Source of the DNA: Macrostomum hystrix
Taxonomy: Eukaryota > Animalia > Platyhelminthes
Direction of reading: 5' to 3'
Assembly (NCBI GenBank): GCA_950097015.1
Contig: CATNEN010000038.1
Coordinates: 28,954,001-29,018,000, forward strand
DNA length: 64,000 nucleotides
Under the pieces are notes generated by a model. It searched no databases and was not told the origin of the DNA. It saw nothing but the letters and a program-made list of their open reading frames with translations. Shown here in pieces: positions 23,401 through 35,367 of this stretch; the first letter of the stretch is position 1; each line of letters begins with the position of its first letter. Made by a program: the position numbers and the translations under genes.

Positions 23401-23924
23401 CGCGACCGTCGCATGCTGCTAAATCGGCTTGACTTCGCTGTCCCGGTGCTGTATGCGTAGCCATCTCCGTAGCCGGCCTGGGCAGCCAGCCCGAATGCCG
23501 TCGTGTCTAGGCGTCGCTTTAATGACAACTCCTCCGGGTGACGAATGCCGAGGTCTTTGCAGATGCCCATCACCACGCTGAAGACAGTCTGGGCGAAGTT
23601 GACTCGCAGCTCCTTCTCCTGAAGGTCTGGTAGCTGCAGCCGGAGCCAGTTGTGCATGCGGTGGAACTCCAGCTTTGCATCCGCCTGTACGCCGTTCTGG
23701 TCGAGAGTTTGCCGCGTCTTCAGCAGCCAGCAGTTGCGCTCGGGCCACCAGAGGCCGTGATCCGACCAGTCCAGCTTGACATCGATGGCCTCCACCAGTT
23801 TGAGCATGACGCCGCCAACGTGGGTTTCACCGGAGACCCGAATCCGCTTTGTAACCTGCAGGTCCTCGACTAGGATTGTTAACTCCCAGCTGCCGTCAAC
23901 GTAGATGCCGTGACCGAGGTCCAT
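20447..23924 (-). CDS. FERMT2: Kindlin (fermitin family, FERM with inserted PH domain), ~787 aa
   Basis: Exons 23924-22071, 21566-21300 and 20689-20447, all phase 0 with GT-AG. Hallmarks: DGSWELTI, HVGGVMLKLVE, DWSDHGLWW, GIRHPEELSL, WLDSSKSLMEQ, LRFKYFAFYDLN.KYDAIRINQIYEQ, the PH domain, WTVNWE and IGGYVFLS. The symbol denotes the family (single invertebrate kindlin/unc-112 type). Confidence 0.97.
20745..20924 (-). mobile_element. Family A SINE copy with internal deletion of the core, in a kindlin intron
   Basis: tRNA head (tagcctagcgagtagagcg..ggttcgattccc) and the 3' tail cccagtccatggactgaac shared with 8890-9103. Confidence 0.65.
21668..21728 (+). repeat. Short dispersed repeat; second copy inverted at ~49288-49350
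   Basis: aagtaggcagtgggcatttgaaatacccccgt..ccccagggggaaaatagc matches the reverse complement of gctatttttctccctgggggg..acggggggtatttcaaatacccgctgcctactt. Confidence 0.6.
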
Positions 23925-25664
23925 TGTGTTGAGCTCTCTTGTTTTGACAAATAAGAACAGTCGCTAATCGTTGTGTCGCCGTGCAAAATGTTCTATTGTT
24001 GTCTAGTCTTGACGAATAATATATTTATTTAGCTTGGCTTAGTAGACTTCATTCCTGTGTTACTTATTGATTATTGGCTGTAGTTATAATTTGTCTGAGC
24101 CACTCTGCTACACGGTCACGCTAAGCAGTCGCACACAAGCAAACTGCTAAAACAGCTAAAAAATGCAGCGGAAGTAGGTACTCCTATTGATCTCTCTCTC
24201 GCTCTCTTTCTCCAGGGCAAAACGGCACGCGTATTTTCAAGTTTGCCTTTAGCCCCCTCTTTTTCCAGGGAGTGTGCGTGGCTTGAGCTATGCGTATGTC
24301 TCTCTTGTATTGCGAGTGCTTGCCGGTTCTTTTGTGACAGGCCTGAGTTTGTCGTATTATTACACACACTTGGCTCTCTTCCTCTCTCTCTACTCTCTAC
24401 ACCGTTTCTCTCTGTTAAACTCAAACGTACACTGCTACAGCAGGGAGGTGCTTGGATCGCGTCTCTCTCTTTCTCTCTGTGTTTTATGCCTCTTCTGCTT
24501 TTTTTACGAGCACGCAAATTGGGGTGGGTCAAGAGAGTGGAGTGGATGCCCCTATAAAGCACCCAAGGTCCCTTAATAAGGTAACGGCTCTTGTGCTGTG
24601 TGTGTGGGCCGGGTCCAACCAATCCGTTCTGACTTGAAGATTGGGCAGCCGGAGGGGGGGTCGGAACGAGGGGAATCCTCATTTTTTAGTGTACGCGCTT
24701 TCCCCATGCCCCGGCCAGTTTTGTGGCGCCTCCCCAGTCTGCAGCCTCCGTGAGGAGGGAGGTGGGCGATAGATAAGATGCGGAGAGAGAAATGTGCGGT
24801 AGAAGGTGAAGAGGAAGTTGTTCACCTCATCTGTCTGGGCCTGGCCCCTCCTATACTGCCGGGTGGGGCTCGGTGGAGGGGACGAAAAAATCCCCACATT
24901 TTTACTGTACTTTGCTAGAGGGAGGAGACTAGAAGTTCCGTATCTATACTAGACCTATTCTCCCATGGGAATAATATGGGAGTGCAGCCCTGGAGACAGG
25001 CAGTTATGGATACAAATGCAGATAGACAGATAGACAGGGTGAAGCAGAAGGATGCAAGGAAAGATGGAAGTGTGAAAGGCAGAAAGAATCATTGGGGATT
25101 AGGATAGGTTCGCCCTATCTCCCCTTTTCTCTGTCTCTGTCTGTGTCGATTTCTATCCGGATGAAAAAACTAGGCCACTTTACTTGGTCCTAAACCATTC
25201 CTGTTCTTGCCGCTTAAAACATTTGCCTTCTGTTTAAGCCTCGCATTTTTCGCTCTCTCTCTCTGTGTGTGTAATCTTCCTCGGAACTGTCAGTTGCCAA
25301 GTGACCGACCAAATGGCATGCGGGCTTGCACCGAATTAGCGAGGGGGGAAATTGACCAGCACAGAAAGTTGTGCTACCAAAAAACTTTTGTTTGTATCTA
25401 AGAACCCGCTGCATCCATGTTGCAACCAAGCATCTCTATCCCTTATTCACTTACAACAAGGATTGGGTATATTATGGCCTAGTTGCTGAATCTGAATTCT
25501 GCAATGGCCTCACTAAATTCTTCTGACTTTATTGTATCCATTCCACTTCATCTTTTTGCCTAGCTTTCTAAAATATATCCACAGGCTTTTATTCGCCATT
25601 ATCAATTATATTCGCATGATAAACAGAAAAAATGAGGTTCTACTTTTACTTGCTTAGACCTAGC

Positions 25665-27178
25665 TAGCTTTGGGTTGCTGTAGCTTTGGGTTGCTGTAGC
25701 TTTGGGTTGCTGTAGCTTTGGCTTGCTGTAGCTTTGGGTTGCTGTAGCTTTGGGTTGCTGTAGCTTTGGGTTGCTGTAGCTTTGGCTTGCTGTAGCTTTG
25801 GCTTGCTGTAGCTTTGGGTTGCTGTAGCTTTGGCTTGCTGTAGCTTTGGCTTGCTGTAGCTTTGGCTTGCTGTAGCTTTGGCTTGCTGTAGCTTTGGGTT
25901 GCTGTAGCTTTGGCTTGCTGTAGCTTTGGCTTGCTGTAGCTTTGGCTTGCTGTAGCTTTGGCTTGCTGTAGCTTTGGCTTGCTGTAGCTTTGGCTTGCTG
26001 TAGCTTTGGCTTGCTGTAGCTTTGGGTTGCTGTAGCTTTGGCTTGCTGTAGCTTTGGCTTGCTGTAGCTTTGGGTTGCTGTAGCTTTGGCTTGCTGTAGC
26101 TTTGGCTTGCTGTAGCTTTGGCTTGCTGTAGCTTTGGCTTGCTGTAGCTTTGGCTTGCTGTAGCTTTGGGTTGCTGTAGCTTTGGCTTGCTGTAGCTTTG
26201 GGTTGCTGTAGCTTTGGCTTGCTGTAGTCTTGGGTTGCTGTAGCTTTGGGTTGCTGTAGCTTTGGCTTGCTGTAGTCTTGGTTGCTGTAGTCTTGGTTGC
26301 TGTAGCTTTGGCTTGCTGTAGCTTTGGCTTGCTGTAGCTTTGGCTTGCTGTAGCTTTGTGTTGCTGTAGCTTTGGGTTGCTGTAGCTTTGGCTTGCTGTA
26401 GCTTTGGGTTGCTGTAGCTTTGGCTTGCTGTAGCTTTGGGTTGCTGTAGCTTTGGCTTGCTGTAGCTTTGGCTTGCTGTAGCTTTGGCTTGCTGTAGCTT
26501 TGGCTTGCTGTAGCTTTGGCTTGCTGTAGCTTTGGGTTGCTGTAGCTTTGGCTTGCTGTAGCTTTGGCTTGCTGTAGCTTTGGCTTGCTGTAGCTTTGTG
26601 TTGCTGTAGCTTTGGGTTGCTGTAGCTTTGGCTTGCTGTAGCTTTGGCTTGCTGTAGTCTTGGTTGCTGTAGCTTTGGCTTGCTGTAGCTTTGGGTTGCT
26701 GTAGCTTTGGCTTGCTGTAGCTTTGGCTTGCTGTAGTCTTGGTTGCTGTAGTCTTGGTTGCTGTAGCTTTGGCTTGCTGTAGCTTTGGCTTGCTGTAGCT
26801 TTGGCTTGCTGTAGTTTTTGATGCTGCAGTTTGTGATGCTGCAGTTTGTGATGCTGCAGTTTGTGACGCTGCAGTTTTTGATGCTGCAGTTTGTGATGCT
26901 GCAGTTTGTGACGCTGCAGTTTGTGATGCTGCAGTTTGTGATGCTGTAGTTTGTGATGCTGCAGTTTGTGATGCTGCAGTTTGTGATGCTGCAGTTTGTG
27001 ATGCTGCAGTTTGTGAAGCTGCAGTTTTTGATGCTGCAGTTTGTGATGCTGCAGTTCGTGATGCTGCAGTTTTTGATGCTGCAGTTTGTGAAGCTGCAGT
27101 TTGTGATGCTGCAGTTTGTGATGCTGCAGTTTTTGATGCTGCAGTTTGTGAAGCTGCAGTTTGTGATGCTGTAGTTTT
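25665..27178. repeat. Compound minisatellite: 16-bp (gcttgctgtagctttg) array fused to a 15-bp (tttgtgatgctgcag) array at ~26815
   Basis: Visible periodicity; the two units share gctg(t/c)agttt/gctgtagctt. Confidence 0.95.
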
Positions 27179-27987
27179 TTATCGCGGTCCAAAAGCGGGA
27201 CTCGCATTCTAATTGGTCATAACTAGTTCTTGGTTGAAGTAGATTGGCAAAATCCTTAATCTAGTTAATTACTTTTACCAAATCCTATGCGTTGATTGCG
27301 AAGAGCTAGTATTGATTTATTGGCACGAAACTAACAGATGGCGCCTAGGCTGTGTACTTTTGTGCACCAAACAGTACGTACTGTTGATACTGTCTACATA
27401 CAGCGCTGTATCCACTTTCACTATGCCTGATTGCTCAATTTTTCTTGCAGTGGAGGGTCCATCCACTCACTTCTCTGTACTTTCAAGCAAGCTTGCCATT
27501 GCGGTAATCATTGATTGAACGCGATTCCTTGTTTAAATTACGCATTCTAAATTTTCTGTAAAAATTCAAAGATTTTTTCGTGGTTCCTTAAATGCCAGAA
27601 AAATATTTTCATAGCATCGTGTATACTACTTCTTTGAGTAGGTACTCGTAAGTATTCAAATGTGAATCAGACTGTTGTTTTATTGATCTAATAAATTTTT
27701 GGATGAACGTTTAGATTCTCGCCAGTTATATTATACACAAACACTCGTGCATGTACACAAATATACGAGGGACATTATAGCAAAGTTGCTAGGGGCTAGG
27801 TGAATTTGTATAGACGAAAAATTTTCACTGTTGTGTTTTATTTAAGATAAAATCTTACGAGTATGTGAAGTGAAGCATTTAAAAATATAGCGAGGCTAGC
27901 ATCGATATATAAAAATACAAAAACCAATTCTTAATTGAGTTAGCATTTAATAAAAAATTTTCTAAATGAATCGTATTAGTTACTTAG

Positions 27988-30900
27988 TCATGTGACTACA
28001 GCCTCAGAATCCGAGTCGATGTCTAGAATTCGCATGCGATCAATTTTTTTGTCCTTTCGCTGATGCAGAGCCAGCAGGCTCTCCTGTCGATCGCACAGCC
28101 TCATCAGCTGTTCCTGCGTGTCCAACTGTCTGTCAGCTAGGCTGCGAATCTGGGAGGACAATAGCTGCTGCTGCTGCTGCTGTTGCTTCAGATGCTGATT
28201 CTGATAAGGCTCAAACTCGTGCGAATCGGCAGAACCTGTACATTGATAGTAACTGTAGCTGTATTGTGCATATGCATGCTGCTGCTGCTGCTGCTGCGTT
28301 GTAAAGTTCTGATGCGTGAGTCGTCGTATGGCATAGCTCTGGCAGCAGAGGCAACGAATCCAAACGCTTTTCCAGTGAGGCATTGAAGTCGACGAACCAT
28401 TTGCCTTCTGGTTGCGTCGACTTCGCGTGCGACCTTGACTCCAGGAATCTGCAAAGAGGCCGCATTTGGGAAGCAATTTTAAAAGACACCGCTTGAGAAG
28501 TCGGCCTAGCCCAGCCGCAAGGTTCAACGGCGGTGGCAGTGGCGGAGGGTATCGTCTAAACGAAGCCGCTGATTGGCCAGCTCTGGAGGCCTGGTATCGG
28601 CGAAGCAGCCATGCGTCAACAATGGCAGTTTGCTGACTGCCCTGCGCATTGCTCAGCGTAAGGACAGCTGACTGAAACTGAACAAAATGGTTGTTTTGTA
28701 GTCATAAAAGTTCTTCATCTTTTAAATAAATATATTGCTCAAAACTACAAGGTATTTACCATGAGTAGAGCCAGCACCAAACCACAGATCATTCCCAACA
28801 GACTAAGTCCACCATAGCTTTGAATGATCATTATCTGGCGGTAGAACTCGTGGGTATCGTTTTGATTTCCAATCGAAATTTTACTGGTCCCATTGGTACT
28901 GCTATCTGCGTTCGTCAACACTGATTTGAAAGTTGCCAGTTTCTGAATAGCCGGTGTCACCATCACGGAGATGACAATGGCTACTGGCCAGAGGCAACGC
29001 CATACGCCAGACAACTCCATGTGCAACTTCGCTGGGCCAAGACATGGCGAAGCCAAACAAAGCGTCTGCACCAACCAGAGCCAAGCAATTGTCAAGCTAG
29101 CAGCGAGGAACACAGAAAGAGGAAGTCCGGTTCGAGATGCGAAGCAAATAGACGAAATGGCGACACAACCGAAGAAAAGGTTAGCTAATTGCGGCAATCG
29201 TCCCGGGTCGTTCAGGCGAAGCAGACACACGCTCAGGTAGCGAATTCGATCCACGGAAGAAGGCGGAACCGATTTTAACTGGAATTTCTCAGAGCGTCTT
29301 CGCAGCGGCTGCTGCAGCACACGAGCGATTTCTTCATAAGTACTTCCGATTAGGAAGGCTGCACAATAGGCCCACAGTATGGAATGCAGAGACGCGCCAA
29401 CGCAAAGGCAGGTTAGAGACAATACATATGCTAGTTGGAAGCAGCACCTCAGAATGTAGCGAGCCCGAGGACTAGCGAGCGCGTGAGCCACTGACGCCTC
29501 TCTTCTCCTCAGCTTCAGGCACTGCTCAATTCGAACGCTCCGAGCGCGCAGCTTGCCTTCAAGTGACATCTTGGATTTCTCATTGAGCTCATTGCTGTTC
29601 TCAACCTCACTGACTGTTGTGCCAGTCTTTTCCGTCTTTCCAGTGTTCAATTCTTCATTTCCATCGTCTTCTTCAGTGAGGCTTGAATCATTTTCAGTGC
29701 CATTGTGGTCACCGAGCCAGTCATCGATCAAAGCATTTCGGACTGCTGGCAGCAATCGCATGCGAAACGCATTTGTAGCGGTCATGAGGTCCAACAATGA
29801 GAGACCACCCAGGGCTGGCCAAGGACATCGCAGAAAAGAGGAACATCCCATCAGATCTGACACTGCGCTGATCAGCTCCAGAGTCCAACGCTCGCAAGCG
29901 TCCGCATCAGCTTCAGTCGACGCGTCCTGAACCTGATGACCCTGAACAATGCTAGCTCTTTGTCGACTACGAATGAGGCAAACTGTGAGTGCCGCTGCAG
30001 GCAGCGCGTCGAGATGCTCACGACGAAGCAAGCGAAGTGCAAGGCCATGACGACCACTTAGCGCCACCCAGATCGTAAGACCGGACAGACGGTGCTGAGA
30101 CAGCTCAGTGAGCCCGGCAGTGATGGCAACGAGTTGTCGAATTTTTGCATCGATTCGCTCTTCAGAATCAAAGCTCGCCAGAGAGCCATACAAAGTGCGA
30201 AGCTTCTCGTCGGTTTCCAAACGTCGGCGCAAGTGCAGCCAAAGCGGCGGACTCGCCGCGATTGCCTCAACCAGCCTATCGTGTCCTCGAAGTAGACCGT
30301 GCGTGGCGACTAGTTCCGTCAGATTATCCAGAGTCTCTGGGCAGCGCGATAGAGTTCGAATCAGTGACGGAGAAGCTGATTCTAGTTGACGAGCCAACGC
30401 TACAGGGTCCGGTCTGCGACCGAATAACAAGCGACGCAGCGTCTCAGTGGTAGTTGAAGAGGTACTCGGATGTTTGGCAGATTTCGCAGCAAGCATTACA
30501 GTCTGTGGACTGGGATCCTCACCGAATCGAATGAGACGCAAGCAGGCATGAAACTGGGTTGCCCAGTCACCATCACCATCCTCAAAGCAGTCGTCCTCAT
30601 CGCTGTTACTGATGTTCGTCTGTTGGCGACTTGTTAAGCGTCGCGAGCGCTCGCCTTCACGACAAAGTTGACGCGCAAGACTCAAAATTAACGGACCTGA
30701 GCACGACAGTCGAGGCAGAGCCGATGCCGCCGCGTCCAGAGCCGTGGCACCGCGCCGATCCCTGGCGCCTAACTCGGCGCGCATGTCTAGAAGCAGAGAA
30801 AAAAGAGCAGCATCCGCCCTGGCGGCTGCCACGTGAAGCGGTCTTTCGCCGGCGCAGCCCTCAGAGTTCACCAGGGCCAAGTCGTGACGCGCCAGGCAGT

Positions 30901-31351
30901 TCACTGCGGCCAGACTGCCGGCCAGGCAGGCCCGGTGCATCGCCGTATCGCCGTCGGCGTCTACGACGCCTGAATCGGCTCCGTGCAGCAGAAGCAGCCG
31001 AAGACAGCCTGTTGAAGAAGCCGACGCAGCCAAATGAAGCGGCGTGTCACCTCGAGCGTTCACCGCGCCGGGTCGGGCGCCGAGGGCTAGGAGAGCTCCA
31101 GCAGCTTCAGCGGCATCGGCGCGAGCGCAGTAATGCAGGCCGGTATCGCCGAAACGGTCTCGCACCTCGACATCTCCGCCGTGCTTGGCGACTAGTCGGA
31201 CAATGTCGGCCCGGTTATCGGCGCAGGCTTGGTGCAACAGCCGTGCCCCCGTGGTCTCATCCACTGGCGCGTTGATAGGTCGATCGTTAGCGAAGAGGGT
31301 CTCCTCTAACTCGTTGATGACTGACAAACGAGGGCAGGCAGAAGCAGACAT
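27988..31351 (-). CDS. Divergent TRP channel: N-terminal ankyrin repeats + TRPM-type pre-S1/TM region, TRP box and coiled coil (~1093 aa)
   Basis: Exons 31351-28760 and 28677-27988 (82-bp GT-AG intron, phase 0). About 5 ankyrin repeats (GDTGLHYCA, GDTPLHLAA, GDTAMHRAC, GERPLHVAA). TRPM-like blocks: IWVALSGRHGLA, ALPAAALTVCLIR, WPALGGLSLLDL..VRNALIDDWLG, ASPRARY, YEEIARV and LGP. Exon 2 has AWLLRRY..PLPPPLNL and a Gln-rich coiled coil. Confidence 0.8.
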
Positions 31352-32581
31352 GGTTCACAGCTCAACTCTCGCAGATTTCAGTTTCTTGAACTCAATTCTT
31401 ATCGATTCTTCGCTGATATACTAGACCTACTGAACAAACAAGAAGCATTCTGATTGGCTAGCCCTCTGATTTCGGACTACCATATATAACTCGCAATTCT
31501 CAGTGTACTTTGATTTTTGTTGAACTTAAAATAATTCTGAATCAAAGGTCTGTTAAAATAGGCCGTAAACATTAATTAATTTTAACTTTGAGTACGAATG
31601 ACAAAGCTGTAATGCCTCTCACTGTCATAACAAGGTTCGAATCAGAGGCGAGTCCACTTTTATTTCAGGCGTAGCCAAGGAGAGAAATTAAGGCTCTAGG
31701 AGCTTCTATTGCAATTTTAAACCCCGAGAGCCAAAAGTACAGTTTATACCTGCGTGACAACGTGGAAGTCCGGTCACATGCACTCCACCCGTTTGCGCAT
31801 TTGCTCAAATAGGCCGAACGATCTCCAAATAAAAAAGCCCCATAAAAATCATATTCTTATTTCTGAATTTTGGAATTCTCGTCTCTACCTGGTTGCCACC
31901 TGTTCGTCACTTAGATGAGACCGTGATTCGATGCCAAGATCCCTATCTAGACAATATCCCCTGGGAAAATGATCCTGGGCAAGATTAGAGCTATATTTAG
32001 CAGCACAGCATATAGGGCTCTCGATCCGTTTTGCTGGCTCCGTAGTAGCCATCGCGAAGGCAAAGTCTGGAACACCTACGCGCGCTATCTTCACAGCTTT
32101 AAAGAGGCTTTACTCTTCTTGGGAGTTAAGCTCATAGCTTTGCGATGCTGGTGGGGCGACTGCAGGCGGTAGGGGAGAATTAATTAGATTTTCTGCCACC
32201 GTCGGCATAAACTCACTCGCCCACTCATCCTCACTCATGCGATTCGCTGCTTCTATCGTCTTCGTTGCGTGTCTACCGGTTTTAAGCCATCAAGCACTGG
32301 CTCATAAAACGGATCTCGCATCTCGCTCTCAGGACCAGCTAAAATCTATTATTTTATATGATAGCGTGAGCTCAGAAAGTTCTCATCTTGTGTTGCGCCG
32401 TCAACTCGGGCTGAGAAGAGGAGTCCCTGATATTGCTTCTGATGAATGTGGCTTCGAATTTCTCTCCCGCCCAACGGCTAACCCGCGTCCCAATTTTATC
32501 CTCAAGTGCCGAGCCTACCCACTGCGCATAATTTAATAAGCAGGATAAACTAATAGAATAGGAGGTAAAGACTGCCTCCTA

Positions 32582-32586
32582 GCTAT

Positions 32587-32646
<60 letters not shown>

Positions 32647-32647
32647 G

Positions 32648-32718
<71 letters not shown>

Positions 32719-32720
32719 AA
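32582..32720. repeat. (TATC)n microsatellite
   Basis: ~33 copies. Confidence 0.97.
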
Positions 32721-32983
32721 TATCTATTTAAAAGCCTTCCGTACTGGCAAATTAACAAGGAAACGAACAAAAATTAATATATATATATTTGAATTTCTTC
32801 AAATTAATCCAATGAACTCGTTCTTACTTAAAGTAGTACAGTATGAGCAAATATCTTATAACGTGTACAACAAACATTTTTAAGTCTCAACCCTATTCCA
32901 TCTCTAAATGAAACTTACACTCACTTATATTTCGTCTCTACCTGAAACTCAAACTCAACCTTTTATTATTAGAGTTCACTATA

Positions 32984-33229
32984 CACATTTTCCGGTCAAA
33001 TTCAACGTTTTGCCAATCAGCTTAGCCAAGTTTCATTCAAGTTAGCCAGTCTATCGTAATCGCAGTCGACGCGCCATTAAACTTAGACAACTATCGTTCA
33101 AGTTCGCCAGCCATCATTCAAGTTCAACACGCCATGGCATGGTGTGTTTTGTTTATGGCAAGAAGGGGTAACAAGGTCGAAAAACGATTTTCAAATTAGA
33201 CAATTTGCAAGCAAATTCAACAAAAACAG
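32984..33229 (+). mobile_element. Left terminal inverted repeat (246 bp) of an IS630/Tc1/mariner-type element
   Basis: Reverse complement of 47066-47311 with about 5 mismatches; preceded by TA (32982-32983). Confidence 0.9.
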
Positions 33230-33567
33230 ATCCCTTGAAAACCGAAATTTAACTTTTGCTCTGTTTATTAAAAGGTTTATTAAAATAATTTTTTTGTTTT
33301 TCTGCACAAAAACAGTAGCGTAGGCAATCATTGGGTCTGCTATCAAACGAAGTTATACGAACTATTTCAACTAAGTCAAATGGTTAGAAACGAGCATTTA
33401 TGTTAGTTAAAAGCAGACTTAGTTTCTAAAAAAATAAATTTTTTGGTTATCGTCCTTCTGCCTTGTACTAACAAATTAATAAGTTTTGTTCGCAAAGTGT
33501 TGATGAGTATTCTTCCCTCTCGAAACTGATGCGCTGATTTTGAAACCAGCTAATGTGCAACAGCGAG

Positions 33568-34758
33568 CTATGCGTCCATCGAAGAGGCTACAAGATCCTG
33601 CAGCTGCTGGTAGCAGTCCCACATGTGGCTAACAAACTCCGGCTCGGCTAGAACCTCGCGATGCAACGGACAGTCTAGCTCGGCTGTGACTCGGAGCTCC
33701 ACACCGGGCTGCGGAATGAGCTGTCCGACAAGCACAGTGGTGAACTTGTAAAATTTGAACTGCCTGAGTCGCACCTGGAAGGGCCATCGATTGTGACGTA
33801 GCACAAACGTTCTGTTCAGCTGCTCGCGGATGTACTCCAGGTTCTCGCACAGGTGAGGATACCTGACCCGGTAGGAGTGGTTCGGCGTTTCCCACAGCGC
33901 CGGAGCCCCGGCGGCAGAGGTTTCCAAGGGCGGCGCTTCGCCGACCCTCTCAAACAGCTCCTGTAGCTCCGTCTCCAGAAAGCCTTCGTCGAGTAGGGTC
34001 TCGGCGACCTTGTCTGTTTCGTTGTTGACGAAAGAGGTGTCGAACTGCAGCCTGAAGTCGGCAACCTCGCGGAACGAGCCCTGGTAGTTGCTCCCTTTGG
34101 CAGTTACGATGTCCAGATTCCACTTGCTCTTATACAGCGTAATGGTCTTCATTTTCAAATCCTCGAAGTTGTAGAAGAGCTCGAACTTGTTGTGCCGGCC
34201 ATTGAGCGCGGTGGAGAAAATCTGTCTCTCGTCACTACTGGCGACTTCTTCAAAGCCGCGCATGGCGAGAAAGTTCTCAATGGTGGCGTGATTCTTAATG
34301 GACTTCTCCGCCATGAACTTCGACGTGATTGGCTTGCCTTGCCGCTGAGTCACGTTAAAGAATCTGTTCAGGAGCGCATAGCCCTGTTGAAAGGTGCGAT
34401 TTTCGAGCAATAAGCTGAAGTCTCCAAGGCGAGGTCCGGGCCGCCTGTCGAAAAGGAAGCTTCTGTGAGACAGGCACAGATCGCCTACCCTCATGTGCAC
34501 CTTCAGGTGACAGGCTTCACTCCCCAGTTCCTCGCACTCAGCCACGGAATCTGCAATCCACTCCATTTTTTCGCGAATTTTTTCGCAGATCTCTTCGTCA
34601 GTTGTGGCTTGAAACAGTGGCACGTACCAGCCATTTTTGTACTGTGAGAACACAAGCTGCGAGCCACCAGAGCCGCACAGTAGGGTCCAAAAATTCCACG
34701 ACTGGTCCTGCCTGCCACCTCGACCGCGCTCCCATCGGTTGTTTGGGCCGTTAGCCAT
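33568..34758 (-). CDS. Intronless 396-aa protein of unknown function
   Basis: ATG-initiated, GC-rich, complex non-repetitive ORF flanked by AT-rich DNA; no family confidently recognised. Confidence 0.75.
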   Translation of the reverse strand: MANGPNNRWERGRGGRQDQSWNFWTLLCGSGGSQLVFSQYKNGWYVPLFQATTDEEICEKIREKMEWIADSVAECEELGSEACHLKVHMRVGDLCLSHRSFLFDRRPGPRLGDFSLLLENRTFQQGYALLNRFFNVTQRQGKPITSKFMAEKSIKNHATIENFLAMRGFEEVASSDERQIFSTALNGRHNKFELFYNFEDLKMKTITLYKSKWNLDIVTAKGSNYQGSFREVADFRLQFDTSFVNNETDKVAETLLDEGFLETELQELFERVGEAPPLETSAAGAPALWETPNHSYRVRYPHLCENLEYIREQLNRTFVLRHNRWPFQVRLRQFKFYKFTTVLVGQLIPQPGVELRVTAELDCPLHREVLAEPEFVSHMWDCYQQLQDLVASSMDA

Positions 34759-35367
34759 TCGTTAATAAAGAACTTAACTATTGTATCGATGTATCATTAG
34801 GTACCTATTTGCACTGGCAGCTAATGGCCTTGCTTTCGGTTTTGTAGCTTCTACTTGGTCTGACTACCTTGTTATTTATAACAAAAAAATGAGATTGTGT
34901 TTAGCAATTTCTTGGAAAAGCCTAGTCTAAAGTCTATCCTGCAGATGGTAGAGAGTGGTGATAATAAATGTACACGAGAGAGAGAGAGAAAGAAGAGAAT
35001 GTACATCAGCCTCACCCCCTACCCCAGCAGCGGAGACAGTGTACAATTTGTTCATTTGTGTAGCGCACCAGAATGATGTAGTTTCCAAGCTTACTATACC
35101 AGTGTTATTACTCGTAGAAACAGCGAAAGCGAAAAATTATAATTGTTTCAAAAATCTTTGCATTCATGTGTTTATTTGCTCAGTTCATCCATGCTAGATC
35201 TGAGTGTGCTTCTGTATACATGTACAAATTTGCATCAAAATGTATCTGTACAGGTAGCAGAACACACTAATTTATTTCAGAAACTATATCTATTGTTTAA
35301 TAATTGGACCGAAATTGACAAAGACGAGGGATACGAGACATTGGCATGAGTGGCATTGATTTCGGGG

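Noticed and set aside
24116-25429. ORFs upstream of kindlin
   Set aside because: Low-complexity CT/GA-rich promoter or 5' UTR-type DNA with non-ATG starts and no protein motifs.
25660-27207. 515-aa His/Gln/Lys-rich ORF
   Set aside because: Entirely the translation of 15- and 16-bp minisatellites; the 16-bp unit cycles through all frames.
31885-32536. Short ORFs (67-99 aa), one with a signal-peptide-like start
   Set aside because: No recognisable domain or splice support; cannot be distinguished from chance or repeat debris.
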